A stretch of DNA of 63,423 nt, filler included, from Octopus bimaculoides (GCF_001194135.2; 8 parts of 7 records of this genome joined end to end with filler, not necessarily neighbours in it); one strand, 5' to 3'; counted from the whole stretch's first letter, positions 10,771-24,431 are shown. Made by a program: numbers and translations. Notes: generated by a model from the letters alone, not told the origin.

Positions 10771-12132
10771 TGTCATCAAACTCTCAAAATTATAAGATAT
10801 TATGTGATTAATTCGAAGCAATGTGAATAAATAAGAATTACATTTGACAATAATCCGAATGCTAAAGGTCGAAACCAACCATATCCAGATCAAATATACT
10901 ACCTGTTTTATATTCATGCAGGCCAGATCTGGCCTTTCACACCTACCCTACAATGTAATTCTCAAAATAAACAATCGCATCATTGAAATCTCGAAGCATT
11001 TAAGATAATGCATGATTAATTCTGAACAATGTGAATAAATAAGAATTATATTAGATAGAATAATCTGAAAGCTGAAGGGTTTTAATCTCTCAGCATTTAA
11101 ACCAGGCCAAATATTCTACCTGTTTTAGGCCAGGTCCAGCCTCGCACATCTGCCTTTCAATGTCATTCTGAAAATAATCACATCATTGAAATCTTGAAGT
11201 TATGAGATAATGCACAATTAATTCAAAACAATTTGAATAAATAAACATTACATTTGAAAAAATAACCTGAATACTTAAAGGTTAATCCTTTAACGTGGAG
11301 GCGCAATAGCCCAGTGGTTAGGGCAGCGGATTTGCGGTCATAGGATCGCGGTTTCGAATCCCAGACCGGGCGTTGTGAGTGTTTATTGAGCGAAAAACAC
11401 CTAAAGCTCCACGAGGCTCCGGCAGGGGATGGTGGCGAACCCTGCTGTACTCTTTCACCACAACTTTCTCTCACTCTTTCTTCCTGTAATTCAAAGGGGT
11501 CAGCCTTGTCACACTGTGTGTCATGCTGAATATCCCCGAGAACTACGTGTCTGCGGAGTGCTCAACCACTTGCACGTTAATTTCACGAGCAGGTTGTTCC
11601 CTTGATCGGATCAACTGGAACCCTCGTCGCCGTAAGCGACGGAGTGCCAACAACATATATATACATACATACACACTTAAATAAACACATACACAGATAG
11701 AGTGATAGTTTTCTTCTCTATCCCTGTTCTGTTTTATGTCATTGGAAGGGTCAGCCTTGTCACACTGTGTCACGCTGAATATCCCCGAGAACTACGTTAA
11801 GGGTACATGTGTCTGTGGAGTGTTCAGCCACTTGCACGTCAATTTCACGAGCAGGCTGTTCCGTTGATCGCATCAACTGGAACCCTCGACATCGTAAGTG
11901 ACGGAGAGTGCCAACACAGACAATCCTTTAAACCAACCATATCCAGCCCAAATATTCTACATGCTTTCTGCCTATACAGGCCAAATCTGGGCTGTCACAC
12001 CTACCATAAAGCGTCATTCAAAAAGTATTCAATCACATTGTTGAAATCCTGAAGCTACAAAATTTCGACAACACATGAATAAATCCAAACAACGTGAATA
12101 AATGAGCACGAATCTAAATGCTTAAAGGGTTA
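10771..12132. mobile_element. tandem array of about four piggyBac-type MITE units (about 200-220 bp each) interrupted by a type A SINE
   Basis: repeating unit aaaccaaccatatccag...aatgctaaagggTTAA; homologous to 49699-50227, 50370-50597 and 53741-53952. Confidence 0.7.
11296..11652 (+). mobile_element. tRNA-derived SINE type A, full length; a second copy of its 3' tail follows at 11743-11917
   Basis: pol III A/B boxes (TAGCCCAGTGG, GGTTTCGAATCCC); tail ends ggagtgccaacaac then (AT/AC)n. Confidence 0.85.
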
Positions 12133-13240
12133 AAGTACTTCTGTTACAAGTCTGTTATTTCTTGGAGTAAATCTAGAACAAAATTGTTTGCTTTGACCTG
12201 AAACAGATTCGTACAAGTCCACTTGTGTATTTTTAGCTCAACATTTCTAAATTTGTTTTTCCATGTCATTCTTGAATGCTAGAAGATGAAGATAATAACA
12301 TTTCTAGATCAATAACTGTTAAGCATAAATTACCACTAGGTTTCTGAGATTGCTTTTCCTACTGGGGAGAACAATAATGGAAGGCTAAATGTGGTCGGTT
12401 AATTTTCTCAATTTGCCATTTTGATAAATTGAGATTCTGAAAATTGGTGGGTGGAGGTGGAGGCTTCTGTGATTATGCTGTTCACTTTGCAACCATGTGG
12501 TTTTAGGTTCAGTCTCAATGTGGAGCACTTTGGACAGGTGTCTTTTACTATAGCCCCGGGTTGACTAATGTCTCACGAGTGAATTCAGTAAACGAGAACA
12601 GTGTGGGAGCAAATCATATACATATATTATATATGATGTATATATAAATAGAGTTATTTATATTTCTAAGTCTCTCTAAAGGAGACTACGGCATTTATTT
12701 TTACTCGCATATNNNNNNNNNNNNNNNNNNNNNNNNNNNNNNNNNNNNNNNNNNNNNNNNNNNNNNNNNNNNNNNNNNNNNNNNNNNNNNNNNNNNNNNN
12801 NNNNNNNNNNNNNNNNNNNNNNNNNNNNNNNNNNNNNNNNNNNNNNNNNNNNNNNNNNNNNNNNNNNNNNNNNNNNNNNNNNNNNNNNNNNNNNNNNNNN
12901 NNNNNNNNNNNNNNNNNNNNNNNNNNNNNNNNNNNNNNNNNNATATATGCGAGTAAAAATAAATACAAAAAAGGGTTTTTTTTTGTATGATTGTGTATAG
13001 AGGAATATATTATTTTGTTTAAAAGAGTTCCAACACTGTCTGTTTTTTATGTTTTATTTATATTCCTGTAGAACCAATGTGGGGTATAGAATATGGAATA
13101 TACAATATATAATATAATATACAATATATAATATAAAATAAAAATGGATGGCACCATGAAATAAAGTATTGAATGTAGATGAAATATTGAGTGTTCAATA
13201 TAAAGGATCAAATATATAAATATAAATATAAATATATAAA

Positions 13241-13280
13241 GGCGACTCGAGTTTCAGGGCTATTTCCCTTCGTCATGGCC
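13241..13280 (-). ncRNA. type I hammerhead motif with a 1-nt insertion in the core
   Basis: GGC-C(A)UGACGA-AGGG aaauag CCCU-GAAAC UCGA GUC-GCC. Confidence 0.65.
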
Positions 13281-14131
13281 GGTATGACAGACTTATATAT
13301 ATATTACGTATAGTAAAGTCCGGTTGTAGAGTGACCAGTGGTTTCACATCCACAAACTAATTCCCTTTTCTCTTTCTTTTTCATCACTGAAGATGTGTCC
13401 AGATGATGCAACAGTCATTGAGGTATGCACACAGATTGTAAATCAAATGTGAAATGCAACAAAAGCAAAGTTTGAAGGAAATATCAGCCATTTCTCATAC
13501 TTTCTAGATGTAAGCAAATAGGAAAGAACAGTTGCTACCCAAGGACAAAAATCATGTTATAACAGTGTAATATTTATTGTGCAGGTTGTTCAGCAAACCA
13601 AGACTGCAGCTCTAACGCTGTCACACTTTGAACTCCGGTGGTGATAGGAAAAGAGGTGACGAGGACAGGTAGAGGATGTTACTTGCGGAAGTCTGCAGCT
13701 TTGAAACTTCACTCAGGTAGTCATAGGGTAATGGTCGTTTTCCACAGACCGGGGTTCAGATGTGGATTTTGTACCCTCCTGAGAACATGACAGAACGTAA
13801 TGTACCTGTACCACCATCACTTTAAGCCTGAGTAGCCTGCAAACTAGGACCCTGTTGCATGGGGTTAGGCACATAGAAAATATATTCTCTTACACCTAAA
13901 AACCGCAGCCGACTAATGAGCTCCAGCATGGCAGCGGTCAAATGACTGAAACAAGTAAAAGAATAAGAATATTTATACACTTGTATGAAGGCACATGGCT
14001 CAGTGGTCAAAGCAGTGGTTCTCAACCAGCGTCCTTGTGGTCCTTCGAGGTCCATATAGGATTTTGTTGTTAAAATTTATCCGGTTTATAATTCTACAGC
14101 ACACAAAATATTTCAAATAATAAATTTTATA

Positions 14132-14165
<34 letters not shown>

Positions 14166-14429
14166 GTTTTGCGTCTGTTTTCCATGCTGGCATGGGTTCA
14201 ACGATTCGACCGGGGTCTGGGATGCCAGGAGGCTTCACCAGGCTGTACTGTTTCACCCCACAACTTTCTCTCGCTCTTTCTTCCTGTTTCTGTTATACCT
14301 GCATTTGAAAAGGGCCAGCCTTGTTACACNNNNNNNNNNNNNNNNNNNNNNNNNNNNNNNNNNNNNNNNNNNNTTAATTAATTAANNNNNNNNNNNNNNN
14401 NNNNNNNNNNNNNNNNNNNNNNNNNNNNN

Positions 14430-14507
<78 letters not shown>

Positions 14508-15137
14508 CATATAAATATAGATACTTGCATTAACACTCATACAGGCACATACATATACACATAGATATGGGGATTGCTCTATCTTCACAGCTGATTGCCG
14601 TCTCATTGTGTTTCATCTTCGTCAACGGCATTTCTAACTTTCCGTCTGTGACGTCTCAAATGTCTATTCAGTCCCGCTGGTGACCTACATGCTTTGAAAC
14701 ATAGGTGACAGACAAAATCTGTAACTTAGTTTGCACTTCTAACTAGTCTGTACAAGTCACCACACTCCCAACATCATAGGGCTTTCAGTAAATAGAATGA
14801 CAAATGAAGTCATCATAAAGAGACATCTGTACGTTATTTGATTATATTGATAAACGCTTGTACACCACGAGTTCCACTCTCTGAGTCTCCGTGGTTAGTA
14901 CTCAGTGACAGGCCGAAGCGAGATAACCAATAATCACCTGAAATCGCAGGTTTTACATCAGAGTGTCCTACTCTGATTTGAAAAGATGCTGTGACAATAG
15001 CTAGGGGACTCTCAGTCACGATGATTTTACTGCGCGCTCTGACACCAACCAAGAGCGCGCAGAAGGAACCAGAAAACCGAAGCCCCACTACCGGATGCAC
15101 TTTAAAGTCGCACTCAGGACATAGATACATACATACA

Positions 15138-15170
<33 letters not shown>

Positions 15171-15783
15171 NNNNNNNNNNNNNNNNNNNNNNNNNNNNNN
15201 NNNNNNNNNNNNNNNNNNNNNNNNNNNNNNNNNNNNNNNNNNNNNNNNNNNNNNNNNNNNNNNNNNNNNNNNNNNNNNNNNNNNNNNNNNNNNNNNNNNN
15301 NNNNNNNNNNNNNNNNNNNNNNNNNNNNNNNNNNNNNNNNNNNNNNNNNNNNNNNNNNNNNNNNNNNNNNNNNNNNNNNNNNNNNNNNNNNNNNNNNNNN
15401 NNNNNNNNNNNNNNNNNNNNNNNNNNNNNNNNNNNNNNNNNNNNNNNNNNNNNNNNNNNNNNNNNNNNNNNNNNNNNNNNNNNNNNNNNNNNNNNNNNNN
15501 NNNNNNNNNNNNNNNNNNNNNNNNNNNNNNNNNNNNNNNNNNNNNNNNNNNNNNNNNNNNNNNNNNNNNNNNNNNNNNNNNNNNNNNNNNNNNNNNNNNN
15601 NNNNNNNNNNNNNNNNNNNNNNNNNNNNNNNNNNNNNNNNNNNNNNNNNNNNNNNNNNNNNNNNNNNNNNNNNNNNNNNNNNNNNNNNNNNNNNNNNNNN
15701 NNNNNNNNNNNNNNNNNNNNNNNNNNNNNNNNNNNNNNNNNNNNNNNNNNNNNNNNNNNNNNNNNNNNNNNNNNNNNNNNNNN

Positions 15784-15902
15784 GAAGTTCAGAAATAGCA
15801 GCTAAAAAAGCTGAGACTCCAACAGATAGCATTACTTGTAACTCACAACAAGTAATGCTATCTGTTGGAGTCTCAGCTTTTTAGCTGCTATTTCTGAACT
15901 TC
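15784..15902. repeat. near-perfect inverted repeat, about 55-bp arms with an 8-nt loop
   Basis: 15784-15839 against 15848-15902; one A/T-run length difference. Confidence 0.9.
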
Positions 15903-15942
15903 GGTATATGGTGAAGCAAATATTTGCTGATCCCTTAATTAT

Positions 15943-15976
<34 letters not shown>

Positions 15977-16499
15977 TTAAAACAGTTTCATTCGGCCCTA
16001 TGTGACTAAGTTCTGCGGGCCTCTAACGGAAGCCCCACTCTTTCAGGCTTATTGGTAATACAAGAAATCTAAGATGGATGCCGGAAATAGGCTACTATTG
16101 ATCAAGACGGGTCAGATGGTGTTGTCAGAGTAGTATCAGTTGCTTAGCGACAGCAGTTCCTTTAGAAAGAGGAACTTCTTTGACTGCGTGGCTAAACAGG
16201 AAGCTGGTGGCACCTAAATGTATAGTTGCGGTAGAGGTAAGGCTGGTAATGAGTGTGTATGTGGTGTGTGTGTGTGTGTGTGTGCGTGTGTGTGTGTGTC
16301 TGTGTGTGTGTGTGTGTGTGTGTGTACACACATACGAGGTTTATGAATGCGTGGATGTGGGTATGTTCTGGTTGTATGGTTGTGCGTATGTGTGTGTTTN
16401 NNNNNNNNNNNNNNNNNNNNNNNNNNNNNNNNNNNNNNNNNNNTTAATTAATTAANNNNNNNNNNNNNNNNNNNNNNNNNNNNNNNNNNNNNNNNNNNN

Positions 16500-16703
16500 C
16501 AAGGGAAACAGGAAGAGAGAGTGAGAGAAAGTTGTGGTGAAAGTGTACAACAGGGTTCGCTACCCAACCACACCCTGCCGGAGCCTCGTAGAGCTTTAGG
16601 CGTTTTCCCTCAATAAACACTCACGACGCCTGAACTGGGAATCGAAACCGCGATCCCACGACTGCAAGTCCGCTCTCCTAACCACTGAGCCATTGCGCCT
16701 CCA
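16500..16703 (-). mobile_element. SINE type A, head and body
   Basis: reverse complement of the 11296 head and body. Confidence 0.8.
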
Positions 16704-17555
16704 CATCAGATAATATATCTGTGAGCACGTGTGTATATGTGCAAAAGATAAGCTATAGAGATGAAAAAGGTAAAGAAATATTCTAGATAGGCTATGGTGT
16801 ATTTAAGCCGATTTTTACGAATATGGAAAGCGTAATTCCTATGAACTTTTACGTTATCTGTATAATATCCTGTGACCTTCAACGACATGCAAACGAAGTT
16901 TAGCATGAATGATATTCTATGAAGTAGTACTCGGTCTTAATTTATTGATAAGCCTATCGTTTCTATAATCTAATAGCAAATACGTTTTCGATTTGCATAC
17001 GTTTATATCAAGGGGCATACACACCCACATGCGCATATAATTTCTATATACGAGAACATGAGTATTTATGTGTGTACGTATATATATGTATGGGAGGGTG
17101 CAAAGATAATTTCATGGAAGTAATATGATTTTTCTTATGTTATTGTATTATAGTTTGTTTATTGACTTATTTAGATATTCTTTTCGATTATGCATTGGCG
17201 TATAAGATACGATTTATTGGATCTAAATACATAAATGCCAATCGTTTCGTCTGTCAAATTTGCTCATATACACACGTGCTTACATACATGCACACAGGCA
17301 CATACATACACACATACATACACAGTTATACTCGCCCTCTCTCACAGGCACGCACACACATACGTATACACACACGCAGATATATACACGTAAGGAACAT
17401 AACTATACGTATTGTTTATACATTTATGTATGCCGATGTATGTATGTAACTATGAATGTATGTGTGTGTACATATGTGTATGCATGTATGTGTGATTATG
17501 TATATGTACTTCTATACAGATCTACTCAGATATACAAGCGTATGCTCATGCTCGT

Positions 17556-17617
<62 letters not shown>

Positions 17618-18998
17618 ATNNNNNNNNNNNNNNNNNNNNNNNNNNNNNNNNNNNNNNNNNNNNNNNNNNNNNNNNNNNNNNNNNNNNNNNNNNNNNNNNN
17701 NNNNNNNNNNNNNNNNNNNNNNNNNNNNNNNNNNNNNNNNNNNNNNNNNNNNNNNNNNNNNNNNNNNNNNNNNNNNNNNNNNNNNNNNNNNNNNNNNNNN
17801 NNNNNNNNNNNNNNNNNNNNNNNNNNNNNNNNNNNNNNNNNNNNNNNNNNNNNNNNNNNNNNNNNNNNNNNNNNNNNNNNNNNNNNNNNNNNNNNNNNNN
17901 NNNNNNNNNNNNNNNNNNNNNNNNNNNNNNNNNNNNNNNNNNNNNNNNNNNNNNNNNNNNNNNNNNNNNNNNNNNNNNNNNNNNNNNNNNNNNNNNNNNN
18001 NNNNNNNNNNNNNNNNNNNNNNNNNNNNNNNNNNNNNNNNNNNNNNNNNNNNNNNNNNNNNNNNNNNNNNNNNNNNNNNNNNNNNNNNNNNNNNNNNNNN
18101 NNNNNNNNNNNNNNNNNNNNNNNNNNNNNNNNNNNNNNNNNNNNNNNNNNNNNNNNNNNNNNNNNNNNNNNNNNNNNNNNNTATATATATGAATGTATAT
18201 CTACTTTTTTAACTGACATTTACGAGATTAATTCCACTTTATATCCATGGGCTCCCGGTTCGAGAGGAACTTTTTCATTGATACGCTTAATATTATTAAA
18301 AAAGAAACTACAGATAAACTCAAAAATATGTGGATCAAAGGATTTCTATAAAATATTCATAACACCACTGCGCTTTCTTCGTTGATGCTGTTATTATTTG
18401 GGATTCTACATTGCTGTTGTTTATTTGTTAGAGTTGCTATGACTATTATCATTATTGTTTGTGGTGGTTTTCTAATGTTTATTTTAATTGTTGTTAAATC
18501 AGCACTACTGATAAATAAAGGCCCACAATCACATGTCACTGGCGATGCGTAAAGCGTAGAGTCACTCGGTGTAGTGTAAGTGAGATAGGTTTAATTGAAA
18601 ATGCCTCCGCCGCTCTTACACCGTTGTGGATTATGTAACAATGTCATAATGAGTCTTATGCTAGTATGCGTCTATGTATATCTAATATACACGCATCCAT
18701 ATATAAATACATATGTAAATATATAATAATATAAATAATATATAATAATATAAATAATATATAAATATATGCATATATCCATACATATATGTACATACTT
18801 ACATCTATATGTATACATACATGCAAATATGGGTACAGGACATAAAAAAAAAAAACGTTAAACACAATGAGAAACGAAAACATAAAAACAAAAACAGAAA
18901 ACATACTTTTTTCGAACAGCGAAAAAAACAGAGAAATGAGACATGCAGCATAAAGTCTATACCCCTTCGTCAGTTGTCCCTACGCGCATATATATATG

Positions 18999-19029
<31 letters not shown>

Positions 19030-19485
19030 NNNNNNNNNNNNNNNNNNNNNNNNNNNNNNNNNNNNNNNNNNNNNNNNNNNNNNNNNNNNNNNNNNNNNNN
19101 NNNNNNNNNNNNNNNNNNNNNNNNNNNNNNNNNNNNNNNNNNNNNNNNNNNNNNNNNNNNNNNNNNNNNNNNNNNNNNNNNNNNNNNNNNNNNNNNNNNN
19201 NNNNNNNNNNNNNNNNNNNNNNNNNNNNNNNNNNNNNNNNNNNNNNNNNNNNNNNNNNNNNNNNNNNNNNNNNNNNNNNNNNNNNNNNNNNNNNNNNNNN
19301 NNNNNNNNNNNNNNNNNNNNNNNNNNNNNNNNNNNNNNNNNNNNNNNNNNNNNNNNNNNNNNNNNNNNNNNNNNNNNNNNNNNNNNNNNNNNNNNNNNNN
19401 NNNNNNNNNNNNNNNNNNNNNNNNNNNNNNNNNNNNNNNNNNNNNNNNNNNNNNNNNNNNNNNNNNNNNNNNNNNNNNNNNNNNN

Positions 19486-19623
19486 ACAACAGACGAGGAC
19501 AGGTGGTGTAAATAACAAAAGTATATATTAGTATGACGCTCGGGAATACGGAAAGTCTTTGACGTTTCGAGCTACGCTCTTCAACAGAAAGAATACGGAG
19601 ACAAGGAGAAAAACACGGAGAAA
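19486..19623 (-). mobile_element. Penelope-like terminal repeat fragment, young
   Basis: reverse complement identical to 25046-25183; related pieces at 7921-7980 and 10570-10760; carries a minimal hammerhead. The Penelope assignment is inferred from the ribozyme type. Confidence 0.6.
19556..19592 (-). ncRNA. minimal hammerhead motif (CUGUUGA variant) in a Penelope-like terminal repeat
   Basis: UCUUU-CUGUUGA-A-GAGC gua GCUC-GAAACGUC-AAAGA. Confidence 0.7.
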
Positions 19624-19859
19624 AAAAATTATATATATATATGTATATGGACTTTTTTGGTAAATAAAGAGAGCATAAGAAAACAACAGGGAATAAACAA
19701 CACGATCACCTTCTTTATGTATGTAAATAACTATTTCTAAACAGACACGGTACCAAATAGATACGTAAAAACAAAAACATATTTCGCGTGGAATACTTAG
19801 GGAACCAATAAAAATCTTAGTATCGTAAGGGAACATTCTCAACACAAAAGATGTTGACT

Positions 19860-20340
19860 GTTGTGTAAGGGGTTGTGGTGATGGAATGAATCTTCCTTGG
19901 AGAATTAGGTGCAATATTTACTATTTTCTTGTTCATTATCACCAACATCTTCTCGAAAAATGAAGTTCTAACAGACATGTGCTTCCAGAACAGTGCAGTT
20001 TCATCATCATCGTATACTTGTCTTGGTGTGTAGTCCCTTTCAGCCATCATTTCAGGATGATTATTTGTAGCCTCTGTATCAGGGCTACAGTTTCACCAGT
20101 CATTTTATTGTTATTGAAATTCTTAAACCTTTCAAATTCACCATTGCGAATTAAAAATGGTTTTTCATTAGAACTTTCACCTTCCGCTTTCTGCACTATA
20201 TTCTTCGTTTTTATAAATTATCATCGTGTTTATTGGCACATTACACCGATTTTGATCCTCAATCTATACACTAAAAAATCGTTCCATATCATACATTACT
20301 TTAAATCTTTGGGAAAATAAGGTCCGGGCAGTTAACGGGG
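19860..20340 (-). mobile_element. Tigger/pogo transposase remnant
   Basis: MMAERDYTPRQVYDDDETALFWKHMSVRTSF matches the YxPxQVFNxDETGLFWKxMPxRT motif; upstream IEDQNRCNVPINTMII fits the CENP-B-like HTH; many stops. Confidence 0.75.
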
Positions 20341-22562
20341 TAACTCCGTCACCACATGACATAATATTCTTCTTGCTGTTATTTATTACTTTCAATGTAG
20401 ACAATGCAAGATTTAATATTTTTTGCAAACGTCGTTTGACTTCCGCATGAAGTCTTTTTAAAGACTTGATGCAGAAGTTTTTAAAGTTTAATAACCAGCG
20501 TATTCACTTTATGTTTCCTTTTCACTCTAATACACTTAGGTTTAATTGATAGCTTCTTCCTAGACATCTTAAAATGAAGGCAAACCAAACAGCAACGACG
20601 ATTAATTATCCGCAAGAAATACGTATTAAAAAATAAATGGCTCATGAAAGATCTGTTTTGTGAGTGGAAAATATGTCTTATTCCTATAGATGTTATAATG
20701 AAAATGAGTTAAAAAGTGGACTGAGAAAGAGAAAGTAATACATGATTAAAGTTAGCTGAAGGGTCACCAGATTTTATAGGCAATTGTTTTCTTACACCCC
20801 TCACTTAATACGTAACACAAACAAATACACACACACACACACACATACACGGACACTCATACACAATCACAATTATTGGAATATTTGCTACTATCACCGA
20901 GATCTGCACCCGCGCATAACCTGAGTAGCTGTGACACGTGGATGCCTGTGATACTAAGAACCATGTACGATCTATTTAAATACAGTATATACAAATCAAA
21001 AGAGAATATAATATAAGGCACTGGGCATCGAAGTGGTCAGTCTTGACCCCTGTGACTCTCAAAGTTGTCGAGAAACGCACACACAGATACACGTGCACGT
21101 TCGTACATTCTGATAGCAGTTGCAGCGAGTTCGATTAAAAACATTGCTGGTTTGATAGAGAGGATGATGTAGGTGTCATTGGTTTAGATGTTAGTGATTG
21201 TGGGCGGACGCTGTTGCGGGTGTAGTGGTCATATTGTTCTTACTAATTGTATTTCGGCGGCTGTTTACTTTGAAGTCAATCCTCACAGACCTAAGATCAA
21301 AGTCAATTCAGTCAACATTTAAAATACGCTACAGTGCCACGCTATATGTTTTCGTTTGAAACGGATTTTCTTATCTACTAATATTACTGTTGCTGTTGTT
21401 CGTTGTATTGGTGTTGATGTTAGAAACACACACATACATATGTATATATATTCATATATATAAATATATATGCCTATATTCATATATAAAAATATATGTG
21501 TGTANNNNNNNNNNNNNNNNNNNNNNNNNNNNNNNNNNNNNNNNNNNNNNNNNNNNNNNNNNNNNNNNNNNNNNNNNNNNNNNNNNNNNNNNNNNNNNNN
21601 NNNNNNNNNNNNNNNNNNNNNNNNNNNNNNNNNNNNNNNNNNNNNNNNNNNNNNNNNNNNNNNNNNNNNNNNNNNNNNNNNNNNNNNNNNNNNNNNNNNN
21701 NNNNNNNNNNNNNNNNNNNNNNNNNNNNNNNNNNNNNNNNNNNNNNNNNNNNNNNNNNNNNNNNNNNNNNNNNNNNNNNNNNNNNNNNNNNNNNNNNNNN
21801 NNNATATATATATATATATATATATACATAGATATATATATACGTATATGCATATATACTTGCATCATGTTCATTACATATACATATGTGTATGTGTTTG
21901 TGTATATATGTGAGTAATGTGATGATGGTTTTTCAAATCGTTAACTATATACTTTGATCTGAACTAAAACGCAAGTGGCCATTGGGCTAAGATGAAAGTG
22001 TAGTTTTAAATTGTTAACAGTTTAAATTTACGCTATTCAAGTTCCAGTGAAAACGAAATTACAGACCGTATCCCGAAATTAATGATCACACTTTGCAATT
22101 TCCACAAAAGCAACATCACATAACGTGAGTAACCGAAACACGGGGATGCCTATGATACTAAGAACCATATACGATCCGTTTAAATACACTACACACACAC
22201 ATCAAGAACGAATATCATATAAGGCAGTGGGCATCGAAGTGGTCAGTCTTGACCCCCGTGGCTCTCAAAATTGTTGAGAAACACGTGAAATGATCTTGAC
22301 CATTTATGATGTTGAGTTCAGTTAATTGCAAACTAAATCTGGAAGACCTCGGGCAATTTATGGCGAAATCTCGGAAGATTCCACCTAAGTATCGATTAAG
22401 TAACTAGTATGAACTAAACACCTTTTTGACATTAAATATTCGGATTACCACAATTTAATGATACAGAACTTTTATTGTTCTTTACGAATTTCGCAAAATA
22501 TTTTCGTTGAGTTTTCCTAAATATTTCTTCGATGTTATAATTTTACGATATATGTGATAAAT

Positions 22563-22998
22563 AAAGCGGCAAGCTGGCTGAATCATTAGCACGCCGGACG
22601 AAATACTTACCAGTATTTCGCCTGTGTTTATGTTCTGAGTTCAAATTCCATCGAGGTCGACTTTGCATCTCATCTTTTTGGGGTCGATAAATTAAGTACC
22701 AGTTGCACACTGGGGTCGATATAATCGACTGGACCCTTCCGAAATTTCAGGCCTTGTGCCTAGTGTAGAGTAGACATGTGCTAATTAAAGCGGTGAACTG
22801 GTAGAAAAGTTAGCACGCCGGGCAAAATGCTTAGCGGTATTTCGTCTGCCGCTACGTCCTGAGTTCAAATTCCGCCGAGGTCGACTTTGCGTTTCATGCT
22901 TTCGAGGTCGATAAATTAAGTATCATTTGCGTACTGGGGTCGTTCTAATCGATTGCCCTCCCACAATATTTCGGGCCTTGTGCCTAGAGTAGAAAACA
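22563..22998 (+). mobile_element. SINE type B, tandem pair
   Basis: two type B bodies, 22563-22770 and 22787-22998. Confidence 0.85.
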
Positions 22999-24431
22999 AT
23001 ATATAAGCTAACTGAGCATTTTACTGAGTAATTTCAGAATTATGTTCAAACCGATGAAATGACTTCATGTACTATTATAGTATTATTGAGTTATTGCACA
23101 TCGCATAACGATGAAGTTAATTCTGAATACAGAACACAGCTCACCCCACTCTGTGTACAATACCTCAAACATCATATTTGATCCCAATGTTTTGATATTC
23201 GACCTATCCAGATCTTGTTGTAGGTCTAATCTCTTTGTTTGCTAACTGTTTGTAACTTTATACATTGCAATAATCCTAGTTTCCAATATATCCAAATTGT
23301 AATGTCAAATATTTGTTTTCATTCTTATGAAACAAAAGTTTCTTTCAGAAACTGACGTAAAAATTATAAGATTTAAAGAGCAACTGTTTAAAGCTGGCCA
23401 ACCATATGGTGATGCGGATTCAGAGATAGTTACTTCCTCTTGAAGACGCCCAGAAAGTCAAAATTACACACACATACTGTGCGTGTTTGAGCGTTTGTTT
23501 TGTTGATTTTATGGTGTATTTGCTGTATTTGTGTTTGATTGCGTGAGCGGGGNNNNNNNNNNNNNNNNNNNNNNNNNNNNNNNNNNNNNNNNNNNNNNNN
23601 NNNNNNNNNNNNNNNNNNNNNNNNNNNNNNNNNNNNNNNNNNNNNNNNNNNNNNNNNNNNNNNNNNNNNNNNNNNNNNNNNNNNNNNNNNNNNNNNNNNN
23701 NNNNNNNNNNNNNNNNGATATAAAGACAGATAGATAGATAGATAGATAGATAGACCAATTGATAGATGTGTGTATTTATGAATGTATGGATGTATATCAA
23801 AATCAGAGACCGATCACGTGGTATCACAGTAACGATTAAGAAGTAGACTTCCTCAGAACATAACCAAGATTCAAGTCAAGGTTGTATTTATTTCTTTTAC
23901 GTTGATATTATCTTTTTAGAAAGTCATAAAAGCAACAAATCCATTTACTCTCCTCAAACACTTGCCTATCTTTGCTTTCGTATTTATCTTTGATCACATA
24001 AGCGTAAACTATCGACACTTGCATGGATACAGTTTTTCTCTACTTGTTGGATATTTTATAGAAATATTCTAATAGTTCTTTGATTATTCAATTAAAAGTT
24101 GGTTTCTCGCTTCGATCTCTATTGATGTATCTGAAATATATTCCCAGTCGCTCTATTCACAAATCAGAGAAAATATTTTGTTCACAAAGTCTTTTGGTCA
24201 ACAGTCAGTAGAACGTTATCCTTGCAAAGCTTAGAGCCATTGTGCTTGTTTAGTCTTCTATATCTAATAGCCATTTTTTGTTTTAGTTTTCTTCTGTGGT
24301 TTTTCTCACATAGTACGTGACATCCCTGCCCATCTCGATGCGTTTGCTTTTTACTCTTATAATATTCTCCCCACCTCACACTCATAAATATTTCTCCTTT
24401 ATCTGCAGCTCTGCAATATATTTCGTCCACA

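Noticed and set aside
13380-13425. CUGAAGAU...AACAGUC hammerhead-like string
   Set aside because: GAAA is absent and stems I and II do not pair
16153-16178. Resemblance to a yeast FRT site (AGTTCCT..TAGAAAG..AGGAACTTC)
   Set aside because: Arm and spacer lengths are wrong, it is a single copy, and there is no recombinase or vector context; chance hairpin
18940-18990. CUGACGA-AGGGG hammerhead-like start on the minus strand
   Set aside because: No GAAA and no stem I partner; at best a heavily decayed relic
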